Sequence record: SRR2962707_5123
Length of the DNA: 55,681 nt
Strand: one strand, 5' to 3'
The position numbers and the translations under genes were made by a program. The notes under the pieces were generated by a model. It saw only the letters and a program-made list of their open reading frames with translations, was not told the origin of the DNA and ran no database searches. This document shows, piece by piece, positions 28,879-38,068 of this stretch; position 1 is the stretch's first letter, and each line of letters opens with the position of its first letter.

Positions 28879-28933
28879 AGCTCAAGGGATTGTTTGGGTT
28901 AGCAAATAGTGATCTGATAATTCAGATGAAATT

Positions 28934-28941
28934 CAAAGATA
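28934..28941 (-). promoter_or_regulatory. -7 promoter box for the exonuclease
   Basis: TATCTTTG on the minus strand. Confidence 0.55.
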
Positions 28942-28972
28942 GCACTTTGCACAAAAGAGGATAGATTTTCGT

Positions 28973-28981
28973 TGTGGATAA
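28973..28981 (-). promoter_or_regulatory. Consensus DnaA box
   Basis: TGTGGATAA = reverse complement of TTATCCACA, in the divergent exonuclease/dnaB gap. Confidence 0.6.
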
Positions 28982-29044
28982 GTAAGGTGGAAAAGTGGGG
29001 GGTAAGTCGGAACCCAATCGCTTAGAACAAGCCAAGCTAAAAGT

Positions 29045-29052
29045 TAAGTTTG
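29045..29052 (+). promoter_or_regulatory. -7 promoter box for dnaB
   Basis: TAAGTTTG 32 nt before ATG 29085. Confidence 0.6.
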
Positions 29053-29084
29053 CATCCCTTATCTACCTTAAGAAAAATTACTCA

Positions 29085-30620
29085 ATGGAAGGAGCGCAAC
29101 AATCAACATCTACATCAACCAAAAGCAGAAGAATAGGACTTTCTTCACTCAGTGAACACCTGGGGAAATTACCACCTCAGGCTGTTGAGATTGAAGAAGC
29201 TGTATTAGGTGCTTTGATGCTGGAACGTGATGCGCTTTCCAATGTCATAGATATTCTGCATCCCGAGAGCTTCTATCGGGACGCACATCAGGAAATATAT
29301 GCTGCAATTGTTGATCTGTTCAACGATAGTCAGCCTATTGATATCAAGACTGTAACACATCAGCTGAGAAAAGTTGGCAAACTGGATCTGATTGGTGGAG
29401 CACACTATGTTGCAGAGCTGACTACCAAGGTAAACTCAGCCGCCAACATCGAGTATCACGCCAGGATCATTGCAGAGCAGTCGATCAAGCGAGAGCTTAT
29501 TAGAATTTCATCCGAGATACAAAAAGATGCTTACGAGGATACAATCGATGTATTCAAATTACTGGATAGGGCGGAGCAGTCACTTTTTGATGTGTCCGAG
29601 TCACATATTCGAAAGAATTATGACAAGATGAGTTCACTGATGCACCAGGCAATCGATGAGATTCAGATAAGAAAGGATAAGAAAGACGGTCTTACTGGTG
29701 TGCCAAGTGGTTTCTCTGCATTGGATCGGGTTACTTCAGGATGGCAACCTTCAGATTTGGTGATCATTGCAGCACGTCCTGGTATGGGTAAAACTGCCTT
29801 TGTGGTATCGGCACTAAGAAATGCAGCCATAGATTTCAATACTCCTGTGGCCATTTTCTCATTGGAGATGTCCTCCGTTCAGCTGGTAAATCGTTTGATT
29901 TCCGCAGAAGCAGAGCTTCCAAGTGAGAAGATTAAGAAAGGCGACCTTGCCGACTATGAGTGGGAGCAAATGATTCACAAGACTCGGAAACTTTCCGAGG
30001 CACCCATCTTTATTGATGACACTCCCGCCTTAAGTATTCTGGAGTTGAGAGCTAAATGTCGAAGACTTGCGGCTCAGCATGGTGTAAAGCTGATTATTAT
30101 TGATTACCTGCAATTGATGTCTGGTGATTCAAGCAAAGGGGGCGGTAATAGAGAGCAGGAAATTGCTTCCATCTCAAGGGCGTTGAAAGGAATTGCAAAA
30201 GAGTTGAATGTTCCGGTACTAGCCCTTTCTCAGTTGAGTAGAGCGGTGGAAACCAGAGGTGGTGATAAGCGACCTCAACTTTCCGATTTGAGAGAATCTG
30301 GTTCCATCGAGCAAGATGCGGATATGGTTATGTTCCTGTATCGTCCGGAATATTATGGTTTGGATACGGATGAATCAGGTATGCCGCTTCAAGGACTGGG
30401 TGAGGTGATTATTGCCAAGCACAGAAATGGTTCGTTGGATACAGTTCAACTGAAATTCATCGGCAAGTTTACCAAGTTTACTGATTGGGATGGTGATCAG
30501 ATGGGCGATGGATTTGGATCATTCCCAACATCAGGACCATCCAATTCTGATTTTACGATCACACTTCAAAGTAAAGCCAACGATGGCTCAAACCAGGAAG
30601 AAGATGATGCACCATTCTAA
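29085..30620 (+). CDS. dnaB: Replicative DNA helicase
   Basis: PPQAVEIEEAVLG, ARPGMGKT, IDYLQL, LSQLSR, DLRESGSIEQDAD, KHRNG; start placed at ATG 29085. Confidence 0.98.
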   Translation: MEGAQQSTSTSTKSRRIGLSSLSEHLGKLPPQAVEIEEAVLGALMLERDALSNVIDILHPESFYRDAHQEIYAAIVDLFNDSQPIDIKTVTHQLRKVGKLDLIGGAHYVAELTTKVNSAANIEYHARIIAEQSIKRELIRISSEIQKDAYEDTIDVFKLLDRAEQSLFDVSESHIRKNYDKMSSLMHQAIDEIQIRKDKKDGLTGVPSGFSALDRVTSGWQPSDLVIIAARPGMGKTAFVVSALRNAAIDFNTPVAIFSLEMSSVQLVNRLISAEAELPSEKIKKGDLADYEWEQMIHKTRKLSEAPIFIDDTPALSILELRAKCRRLAAQHGVKLIIIDYLQLMSGDSSKGGGNREQEIASISRALKGIAKELNVPVLALSQLSRAVETRGGDKRPQLSDLRESGSIEQDADMVMFLYRPEYYGLDTDESGMPLQGLGEVIIAKHRNGSLDTVQLKFIGKFTKFTDWDGDQMGDGFGSFPTSGPSNSDFTITLQSKANDGSNQEEDDAPF

Positions 30621-30632
30621 GTAGCTGGCAAT

Positions 30633-31619
30633 TTGAAAGCAATAATTATTACAGACCAAAATGAGCCGGTTCAGTTGGCGGACATCCCCAAGCCTGTACC
30701 CGGAGATGGGGAATGCCTGGTTCGCATAAAAACTGCTGCACTCAACAGAAGAGATCAATGGATCAGGGAAGGAATGTACCCAGGCATACAGCATGGCACA
30801 GTTCTCGGTTCTGATGGATATGGCATTGTAGAAGAAGCTGATGAGAATTGGGTTGGAAAAGAAGTGATTGTTAATCCGAATGTGAATTGGGGAGACAATC
30901 CGGATGTGCAGTCATCTGCCTATTCTGTGTTAGGTATGCCTACTAATGGGACATTAGCAGAATACATCAAAGTACCTACCGATCGATTACAATTAAAGCC
31001 AAACCATCTGAATGATGAAGAAGCTGCCGCTTTACCTTTGGCCGGTTTGACAGCCTTCAGGGCAACCATTAAGAAAGGAGCTTCAAGTGAAGGTAAAAGA
31101 ATACTTGTTACGGGTGCTGGTGGTGGAGTAAGTCAATTTGCCATTCAGTTTGCTGTAGCTTCCGGTGCAGAGACGTATGTGACTAGTGGGAGCGAGAAAA
31201 AGATCGGGCAGGTTTTGAAAATGGGTGTCAAGGCTGGATTCAATTACAAAGAAGATAATTGGGCGAAGGAAGCAGCGAAAGTTGGGGGATTCGATGCAAT
31301 CATTGACAGTGCAGGAGGAAATCAGCTAAACAACTATCTCAGAATTGTAAAACCTGCAGGCAAAATAGTCATGTATGGGAGCACAACTGGCTATCCTGAA
31401 AAGGTGGATGTATTCAGATTGTTTTGGTCTCAAGCTCAGATCATGGGTTCAACCATGGGTAGTGATCAGGAATTTGAGGAAATGTTGGAGTGGATGAACC
31501 AATATCAAATTCACCCTACCGTTGATAAGGTCTTTGGAGTTGAAGACTATCTCTCAGCATTTGACCGGTTCAAAGAGCCGGATAGCTTTGGGAAGATTGT
31601 TATTCGATTTTCGAACTAA
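30633..31619 (+). CDS. MDR-family NAD(P)H quinone oxidoreductase-like protein
   Basis: ALNRRD, LGSDGYG, VTGAGGGVS, GSTMGS, FGKIV; TTG start. Confidence 0.9.
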   Translation: MKAIIITDQNEPVQLADIPKPVPGDGECLVRIKTAALNRRDQWIREGMYPGIQHGTVLGSDGYGIVEEADENWVGKEVIVNPNVNWGDNPDVQSSAYSVLGMPTNGTLAEYIKVPTDRLQLKPNHLNDEEAAALPLAGLTAFRATIKKGASSEGKRILVTGAGGGVSQFAIQFAVASGAETYVTSGSEKKIGQVLKMGVKAGFNYKEDNWAKEAAKVGGFDAIIDSAGGNQLNNYLRIVKPAGKIVMYGSTTGYPEKVDVFRLFWSQAQIMGSTMGSDQEFEEMLEWMNQYQIHPTVDKVFGVEDYLSAFDRFKEPDSFGKIVIRFSN

Positions 31620-32203
31620 CGATACTTATCATTTAATCCCTTTTTTTCCAGAATCATAGGGATGATCTTTTCTAGTCTTCTGGACCTTGTTTCTGCCTTC
31701 TTCGCCTCATCGATGTATTCAGCGTATTCTCGTTTACAGGATAATGACAGCTCTTCGAAGTACTCAGATAAGTTGGCATTGGAAGCCAGGGCTTCTTTAA
31801 GCTCATCAGGAATAATCAGTGGCTTTTTTTCAGGTTTAATCTCCTTGCCTTCTTTTTGATTTTTGATCGCTTCAGCAATGTACTGCTTGACCAAAACCTC
31901 ATCAATATCTTCCGGTGATTCAAATCTCCATTGACGCATTCCCTTGGTTTTTTCTTCCTGCGCGTTGATCAAAACATTTGCTTCGTCTTTGAGAAATACA
32001 CCGTTGAAGAACCATATGCCGGCATAGCTTTTAAACGCCCCAATCCCTGCAACATTCTTTTTCCCCAGGCAGTAGGTTGGAATACCCCATTTCATAGTTT
32101 CCTCTAACTCAGATTGCTGGAGTAGTTTTCTTAGTTTTTCAAGAATGGGAAGATATTTCTGGTGCCAGGAAAGATATTCTTCGGGACTTTTGGCCATTTT
32201 CAT
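31616..32203 (-). CDS. YdeI/OmpD-associated (DUF1801) protein
   Basis: ETMKWGIPTY, WFFNGVFLKD, IPDELKEAL, REYAEYI.EAK..ETR.RR. Confidence 0.9.
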   Translation of the reverse strand: MKMAKSPEEYLSWHQKYLPILEKLRKLLQQSELEETMKWGIPTYCLGKKNVAGIGAFKSYAGIWFFNGVFLKDEANVLINAQEEKTKGMRQWRFESPEDIDEVLVKQYIAEAIKNQKEGKEIKPEKKPLIIPDELKEALASNANLSEYFEELSLSCKREYAEYIDEAKKAETRSRRLEKIIPMILEKKGLNDKYR

Positions 32204-32212
32204 AACCTAAAT

Positions 32213-32536
32213 TTAGTCCCTCTCAAATTGAAAGTTTTGATATGCAGCTTTAAGTTCTTGAAGTGCCTTCGGGTCGTTTTGTTTTTTTGCCAACACTATC
32301 CCTTTTTGGAACACATTTTCCGCCGGACCCATTTCCTCATTTTCCCAGAGTAGATGTGCGGCTTTGAAATAGGTGGGGAGGTAATCCGGATGATGATGCA
32401 GTAAATCATTGAGTACCGTTTTGGCATCATCAGGAGCATTTTCATAATACTCCATAGCAAGGGCGTATTTGTTGAACGGATTATTCGGCTCTTCCTGAAT
32501 GTATTGTTTTAATAATGCGATCCGCTCCTGATTCAT
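32213..32536 (-). CDS. Short tetratricopeptide-repeat protein
   Basis: EPNNPFNKYALAMEY, HPDYLPTYFKAAHL helical repeats. Confidence 0.85.
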   Translation of the reverse strand: MNQERIALLKQYIQEEPNNPFNKYALAMEYYENAPDDAKTVLNDLLHHHPDYLPTYFKAAHLLWENEEMGPAENVFQKGIVLAKKQNDPKALQELKAAYQNFQFERD

Positions 32537-32568
32537 ATTACGAATCTAGCGAAACGCATGCTCATATT

Positions 32569-32955
32569 TCAAAGTCGAATCGTTTTTGGCAGGCCATCAT
32601 CAGAACGGTTTATTTCCGATGGAATGCCAAAAAACTGGAGCATCACTTTGGCAGCACTTCTGATCATCAGTTGATTGGAAACGACATATACCTTTACGAT
32701 TCGTTCTTTGTATTTCTGCATGGCATTGTACCATTCTTTTCTGGCACTGACCTCAAAGCCTTCCATACCGGTACAATCCCAGACAAACTCAAAATCGGAT
32801 GATTCATTTTCATCCATGTGATCAGACCAGGCTTTTGCGCCAGCTATGGAAGTTTCTTTTGTGAATTTCCCATTGAATTTGAAATAGAGGCAGTTGTTGT
32901 TGGTATCCATGTTTTTCAAAACATGAATGTCCAATTGTGGTGAGATAAAATTCAT
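32569..32955 (-). CDS. STAS/SEC14 (SpoIIAA-like) domain protein
   Basis: FKFNGKF, FVWDCTGMEGF..SARK.W, VYVVS...IR pattern. Confidence 0.65.
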   Translation of the reverse strand: MNFISPQLDIHVLKNMDTNNNCLYFKFNGKFTKETSIAGAKAWSDHMDENESSDFEFVWDCTGMEGFEVSARKEWYNAMQKYKERIVKVYVVSNQLMIRSAAKVMLQFFGIPSEINRSDDGLPKTIRL

Positions 32956-32980
32956 AACGGTGGTATTAAGAAGTTAACTA

Positions 32981-32988
32981 CAAAGCTA
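32981..32988 (-). promoter_or_regulatory. -7 promoter box
   Basis: TAGCTTTG on the minus strand, 25 nt before ATG 32955. Confidence 0.55.
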
Positions 32989-33087
32989 ATTAGTTTTAAA
33001 AACGATTCATAACGGAATTAAGTTTTTCATGTTGGTTCATTTTGATTCACGATATACTCGATAGCACTTTTTACGTATGTTTAGAAC

Positions 33088-33669
33088 ATGAAAACAATTT
33101 TGATAACGCTCTTTTTATTCACTGGCCTATATGGCCATTCACAAGGAAATTCGAAGGATTATTATTATGAAATTCCTGATTATCCTGAATCATACACCGC
33201 TGGGTCTGTTGCCTCAAGAATTGTCGATGGTTTAGGCTTTAGGTATTACTGGGGTTCTGAAGGCCTGACCAAAGATGATCTCAACTATCGTCCCTCAGAG
33301 GAGGCACGTAATGTTGATGAAACATTGGACCATATTGTCATTCTCACAGAAATATTGAAGTTGGCAGTAAATGAAAAGGCATTCGAAGGTATTGATATGG
33401 AAGGATGGAGCTATGAGCAAAAACGCAACAGGACTTTGGAGAATATCAAGGAGGCTAGCATAATCCTGAGATCCGCAACAGCTGACGATTTGAAACGATT
33501 TGATATAGTATTTTCACAAGGGGGAGAGTTTCCCTTCTGGAATTTGCTCAATGGCCCAATTGCTGATGCCATTAACCATGTAGGACAGATGATTACATTT
33601 CGAAGAACGAATGGTAATCCAATCAACCCAAATATCAGCGTACTTCAGGGTAAGGTTAGAGACAACTAG
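33088..33669 (+). CDS. Exported DinB-like protein
   Basis: Signal peptide; YRPSEEARNVDETLDHI and DAINHVGQMITFRRTNG. Confidence 0.8.
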   Translation: MKTILITLFLFTGLYGHSQGNSKDYYYEIPDYPESYTAGSVASRIVDGLGFRYYWGSEGLTKDDLNYRPSEEARNVDETLDHIVILTEILKLAVNEKAFEGIDMEGWSYEQKRNRTLENIKEASIILRSATADDLKRFDIVFSQGGEFPFWNLLNGPIADAINHVGQMITFRRTNGNPINPNISVLQGKVRDN

Positions 33670-33911
33670 CCATGCTTGATTTTCATCACCAGGATGGTAC
33701 TGGTGAAAATGAAAGTAATTGAGTTGGCAAAGATGATGGGTAGATCGTTGAGATATATTCCATAGATAAGCCAGCACAATACACCCGTTGTAAAAATTGA
33801 ATACATGCCTAGTGAAAGACTCTCCGTGCTTTTTGTGCGGATCGTTTTGATTGCTTGAGGAGCAAAGGAGAAGGTTGTCAATAGGGCAGCTATAAATCCA
33901 ATGTATTCCAT
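33666..33911 (-). CDS. SemiSWEET (PQ-loop) transporter
   Basis: 81 aa, three TM; LTTFSFAPQ, WLIYG, PIIFAN. Confidence 0.92.
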   Translation of the reverse strand: MEYIGFIAALLTTFSFAPQAIKTIRTKSTESLSLGMYSIFTTGVLCWLIYGIYLNDLPIIFANSITFIFTSTILVMKIKHG

Positions 33912-34366
33912 TAGTTGAGTTCTTTTTTAAAGCACAAACTGTTTTCTTTCCCTGTGTATTGTCCGTAATTCATAATTGATTGATATCCGGCTTTTTCATA
34001 GAATCGAATTGCTTCCGGCATTCTTTTCCCGGTCTCCAGAATACACCCATTATAGCCCAATTCCATGCTCCATTTTTCAAGCTCAGCTAAAATCTTATGG
34101 GCGATTCCTGTACCTCGGTGTTCTGGAGACACAAACATCCGCTTTATCTCAGTGGTTGATGCATCAAATTCCTTAAAAGCCCCACATCCAATGGGGGAAT
34201 CATCTATATAGGAGATAATGATGTTGCTTAGGTGCTCCACAGAATTGTATTGATCATAAAAATCATGCTCAGCACCATCTACTATTGTAAGGTATTCATC
34301 CAGTTCTTTTATTAGATCTGTGAAATCTTCAGTGGGCTGATCGTACCTTATCAGTTTTAAGCTCAT
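33911..34366 (-). CDS. GNAT N-acetyltransferase
   Basis: GCGA, EIKRMFV.PEHRGTG, LETG...PEAIRFYEK.GY. Confidence 0.92.
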   Translation of the reverse strand: MSLKLIRYDQPTEDFTDLIKELDEYLTIVDGAEHDFYDQYNSVEHLSNIIISYIDDSPIGCGAFKEFDASTTEIKRMFVSPEHRGTGIAHKILAELEKWSMELGYNGCILETGKRMPEAIRFYEKAGYQSIMNYGQYTGKENSLCFKKELN

Positions 34367-35334
34367 GCTTTTGCGGCTACTTGCTTGATGATCACTTCAG
34401 CATGCACGCGCGAATTTTCAATGAACCAGGTGTTGGTTTTTAAACCTCCGCAGATCACACCCGCGAGGAAAACGCCAGGGATGTTTGTTTCCATTGTTTG
34501 TTCATTGTAAATGGGAGTACGAAATTCATCCGATCCGATTTTGACACCAACATGTTCCAGGAATGTGAAATCTGGCTGGTAACCGGTCATAGCCAAAACA
34601 AAGTCATTGGGAATGGTGAGGCTGCCATCTGGAGTTTCGATGGCAATCTCATGTTCTTCGATTTTCGTAATGTGACTATTAAAGTAGGCCCTGATAGCCC
34701 CTTCCTTAATTCTATTGTCTATGTCCGGACGCACCCAATATTTGACCCTGGGGTTGATTTCTTCCTCACGAACGACCATGGTGACGCTCTTTGCGCCTTT
34801 GCGATATACTTCCAAAGCGGCATCCACAGCTGAGTTTGCTGCACCCACTACCGCCACATCCATATCGTAATAGGGGTGTGGTTCATCATAGTAGTGCTTT
34901 ACCTTTGGTAGATCCTCCCCAGGGATATTAAGGAGGTAGGGTAGGTCATAGAACCCTGTAGCAATTACCAGGTTTTGGGCAGTGTAGTTTTGCTTACTTG
35001 ACTGGATATGAAATTCGTCTCCTGTTTTATTAACCTTCTGAATCTTCTCATAAAGCCTGGTTTGCAAATGCCAGGAAGATGCCACTCTTCGATAATATTC
35101 CAGTGCTTCGGAACGAGTTGGTTTTGGGTTATGTGAAATGAATGGTACTCCTCCAATTTCCAGACGATCAGAGGTAGAGAAAAAGGTCATGTTTTTTGGG
35201 TAGTTGTATAGTGAATTCACCAGACACCCCTTGTCCACGATCACATAGGAAAGTCCGGCTTTTTCTGCTTCAATACCGCAAGCAAGTCCGATTGGGCCAG
35301 CACCAACTATCAAAATATCCACATGCTCAGTCAT
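34363..35334 (-). CDS. ypdA: YpdA-family putative bacillithiol disulfide reductase
   Basis: GAGPIG, YNYP.NMTFFS, EALEYYR, HYYDEPHPY, KYWVRPDI.NR, FIENSR.H. Confidence 0.9.
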   Translation of the reverse strand: MTEHVDILIVGAGPIGLACGIEAEKAGLSYVIVDKGCLVNSLYNYPKNMTFFSTSDRLEIGGVPFISHNPKPTRSEALEYYRRVASSWHLQTRLYEKIQKVNKTGDEFHIQSSKQNYTAQNLVIATGFYDLPYLLNIPGEDLPKVKHYYDEPHPYYDMDVAVVGAANSAVDAALEVYRKGAKSVTMVVREEEINPRVKYWVRPDIDNRIKEGAIRAYFNSHITKIEEHEIAIETPDGSLTIPNDFVLAMTGYQPDFTFLEHVGVKIGSDEFRTPIYNEQTMETNIPGVFLAGVICGGLKTNTWFIENSRVHAEVIIKQVAAKA

Positions 35335-35359
35335 GTGGCGAAGGTAAGATGCAGATCAA

Positions 35360-35857
35360 TTAGTTAGGGCAAATTTCCAATGTAAAGTTCCCGTTAACTT
35401 GACTGGTTTCATCATATCGGGCATCTATTCGTCCGGTAATTTGTGAATCTGTAATAGTTAAAATCTCAACAGCACCATCAGTGCAAATGATATTGAGCGT
35501 CTCACCAGGATCAAATAGCGTGACTGTTTGACCATCAAAGGAATCAAAGTCAATAAATAACTCGAAAATACCCACTTCATTTGGTATGGTAAAGAAGACA
35601 CTTGTAAGATCTCCGAATCCGAAAAAATCACAAATTTGATCATATTCTTCGTTGGCATCATAAAGGTCAACGAAGTATTCATCATCATCTGAGTAGTATT
35701 CAGCTGTCCCTTCTCCGAAAATGAATGCCTTACCATTAATGGTACCCTGAAGATTCTGATCAATGAATGCATAGGCTACTTGTGGGTCATCATCCTTTCC
35801 GCATGAAACGATTGTGATGAGAAGTATTAGAGAGGAAATAGATAGTAGATTTTTCAT
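35360..35857 (-). CDS. Hypothetical acidic lipoprotein
   Basis: Lipobox IVSC followed by GKDDD. Confidence 0.8.
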   Translation of the reverse strand: MKNLLSISSLILLITIVSCGKDDDPQVAYAFIDQNLQGTINGKAFIFGEGTAEYYSDDDEYFVDLYDANEEYDQICDFFGFGDLTSVFFTIPNEVGIFELFIDFDSFDGQTVTLFDPGETLNIICTDGAVEILTITDSQITGRIDARYDETSQVNGNFTLEICPN

Positions 35858-35904
35858 AGCTAATTGGTTTGATACTAAAGTTAGATCAAACCGAGCTTAA
35901 AATG

Positions 35905-37110
35905 CTATTCAAATCCACTTGAAATGAATTGGTCTGCTATTGGAGTGATATAGTCAAATAGCTCAAAATCACCTTCCTGACCAGTTTTGTTGATGGTCAT
36001 GGCCATTACCATCCCATATTCTGGATATACAATCAGTAGCGCCAATCCTCCAACAGCCATTCCTCCATGATGGATGACCTCAACTTCATGGACTCCCTTC
36101 AAATAACGCCGGGAACGTCCATGCCTCCAGCCCATGGCGTAGTTTTGATTGTTTACAGACCCATCATTTAGCTTTTGAGGAGTTGTTATCAGTTTTATTG
36201 TTTCAGGTTTAAAGAAACCAGAATCCAGCAAAGCATTTCCTGCCCGAACCAAATCGGAAGGTGTAGAAAGGAATCCACCACCGGCCCATTTGATACTTAA
36301 ATCTACGGATGGAGCTTTTTTGTAATAATTGACATTAGTCAAATATGGAACTGCTCTTGTTTGGGTAGCAGTATCAGCATAGGTATGATGCATCCCAAGT
36401 GGAAGGAATACGTGTTGATCCATGTAATGGAGAAAGCCTTCACTACTGACTTTTTCCATCGCCAGGCTTAAAGCGGTAAAATTGTAGGAGCTGTATGAGA
36501 AGGCTGATCCGGGTTCAAAAAGCAATGGATCTTTCTCAAAATCCGCAATGCTCTCTTCGATACTTTCAAACTTTTTGTTTCGATAGTATTCCCAGATCGG
36601 AAAGCAAAAACACGTGCCATAGTTACGAATGCCGGACTGATGTGAAGCTAATTGCCTGATAGTTATGCGAGGTTGATCAACAAACCTGTTGGTATAGAAT
36701 TGGACGGATGAATCTGGATGAATGATTTGAGTTTGAATCATCATTCCAAGCCCTAATGAAGTTAAAGCCTTAGACACACTTCCGATTCGATACTGTGTTG
36801 AAGTATCTGCTGGAACTTTTTCATCGATGTTTTGAAATCCAACGGCATAACTCCACACGATCTTTCCATTGATCATGGTAGCAATAGAAATGGAAGGAAG
36901 TTTATTGTCTCGTTGAATACTATCGACGAAAGCCTTCGCTTTGGTGATTGCCTTTAAGTAATTCGCCTCCTCAATTCCTACAAAGTGTTGATTATAAGTG
37001 AGCTGTGGTATTTTATTCCACCCAAAATTGTAATCCAGAATGGGTTGGAAAAGAGCGTAGCTCAGCCACCCAGCTCCGATCAGAGCTAGTAAACAAATGA
37101 TTTTTTTCAT
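35905..37110 (-). CDS. Serine hydrolase, beta-lactamase/PBP-like family
   Basis: GSVSK (SxxK), LASHQSG, FEPG..FSYSS, HHGG; N-terminal hydrophobic leader. Confidence 0.9.
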   Translation of the reverse strand: MKKIICLLALIGAGWLSYALFQPILDYNFGWNKIPQLTYNQHFVGIEEANYLKAITKAKAFVDSIQRDNKLPSISIATMINGKIVWSYAVGFQNIDEKVPADTSTQYRIGSVSKALTSLGLGMMIQTQIIHPDSSVQFYTNRFVDQPRITIRQLASHQSGIRNYGTCFCFPIWEYYRNKKFESIEESIADFEKDPLLFEPGSAFSYSSYNFTALSLAMEKVSSEGFLHYMDQHVFLPLGMHHTYADTATQTRAVPYLTNVNYYKKAPSVDLSIKWAGGGFLSTPSDLVRAGNALLDSGFFKPETIKLITTPQKLNDGSVNNQNYAMGWRHGRSRRYLKGVHEVEVIHHGGMAVGGLALLIVYPEYGMVMAMTINKTGQEGDFELFDYITPIADQFISSGFE

Positions 37111-37113
37111 GTG

Positions 37114-37923
37114 CTAAAGTTTTAGGCGCTCGGATTTGATGTACTCAAATCCTTTGTAGAGTAGAACAATTTCAATGATTGTGGCAGGGATCAACATCAT
37201 GTATCCAAGGAAAAACAAGATAACTATCACAAAAAAGAAACCAGCCATGATTTCAAATATTCCTGCAATTTTTGCTATTTGTCCCATCCCATCCTGAAGA
37301 CGCATCAGGCCGATTCCAAAGACTATTCCCATCGCTCCGAATGAAATGGATTCACCAACCCCAAGTGCAATGATGGTGGAGTCGCTTAGTGAAAAGAATA
37401 ATGTGAAGATGTCAAAGAAGGTTATGGAAGCGAAAAGCCCAATCATCAGGTATCCCATTATTTTCAGGAGGTAATTGGAGAAGTGCTCACTAAGCTTGAT
37501 GAGCCCGACGATAAATAGCGTGTAAAAGAGGAAGTAACAGATTTTAGTTGATACAAATAGAGCCAGTGAATCTACTTCATCAAAGTTTTCCAATCTCTCG
37601 TATTCCAGCGCTGCATCAAGAAAACCCAGGACGAAGTAGATGATACCTGAAATCCATCCAATCTGAAGCCAATTCTCAATTCCATGAAGCTTGATCGAAT
37701 TCTGATCTGTGGTACTTGAAGAATCGATGACTTCAATCTCTTCTCCAAGCGCTGCAACGATTATCTTCAGCGTAGAAACCCGTGGAGTTACTTCTCCTGA
37801 TTCAATTCGCTGAATGGTTCTTACACTCACATTACATGCCTCAACCAATTCTTCTTGAGTCATGTTTTTGTCTTGTCTGAGTTCGGAGAGCTTTCGCCCA
37901 AGTTCGGGTTGTTTCATCATCAT
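37114..37923 (-). CDS. XRE-family HTH regulator fused to a multi-TM domain
   Basis: MTQEEL...VSVRTIQRIESG.V.PR HTH followed by five to six hydrophobic segments. Confidence 0.9.
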   Translation of the reverse strand: MMMKQPELGRKLSELRQDKNMTQEELVEACNVSVRTIQRIESGEVTPRVSTLKIIVAALGEEIEVIDSSSTTDQNSIKLHGIENWLQIGWISGIIYFVLGFLDAALEYERLENFDEVDSLALFVSTKICYFLFYTLFIVGLIKLSEHFSNYLLKIMGYLMIGLFASITFFDIFTLFFSLSDSTIIALGVGESISFGAMGIVFGIGLMRLQDGMGQIAKIAGIFEIMAGFFFVIVILFFLGYMMLIPATIIEIVLLYKGFEYIKSERLKL

Positions 37924-37980
37924 TTTTTCAGCAAGTCTACGTTGGAGATGAAATAGGCTACAAGTTTTGAGTCTGCAATA

Positions 37981-38000
37981 TACCCGTCATTTACCCGTCA
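37981..38000. promoter_or_regulatory. Direct repeat, candidate operator
   Basis: TACCCGTCA at 37981 and 37992 (11-bp period), upstream of the XRE gene. Confidence 0.6.
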
Positions 38001-38010
38001 CTTCATTTAC

Positions 38011-38045
38011 AAAAAGAAAAGCCACCTTGCAAAGCAAGACGGCTT
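38011..38045 (-). terminator. Intrinsic terminator after the GIN-domain gene
   Basis: Minus strand AAGCCGTCTTGC-ttt-GCAAGGTGGCTT then TTCTTTTT. Confidence 0.8.
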
Positions 38046-38068
38046 GATTTTATTTAGCTCCCAAGGCA

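Noticed and set aside
28970-29010. oriC or MraZ-type GTGG array
   Set aside because: Only one perfect DnaA box, no clear unwinding element, and GTGG spacing (13, 8, 11) is irregular.
28995-30620. Extended dnaB N-terminus from 28995, and a possible DnaB intein
   Set aside because: A -7 box at 29045 favours ATG 29085; the helicase motifs are contiguous at normal length.
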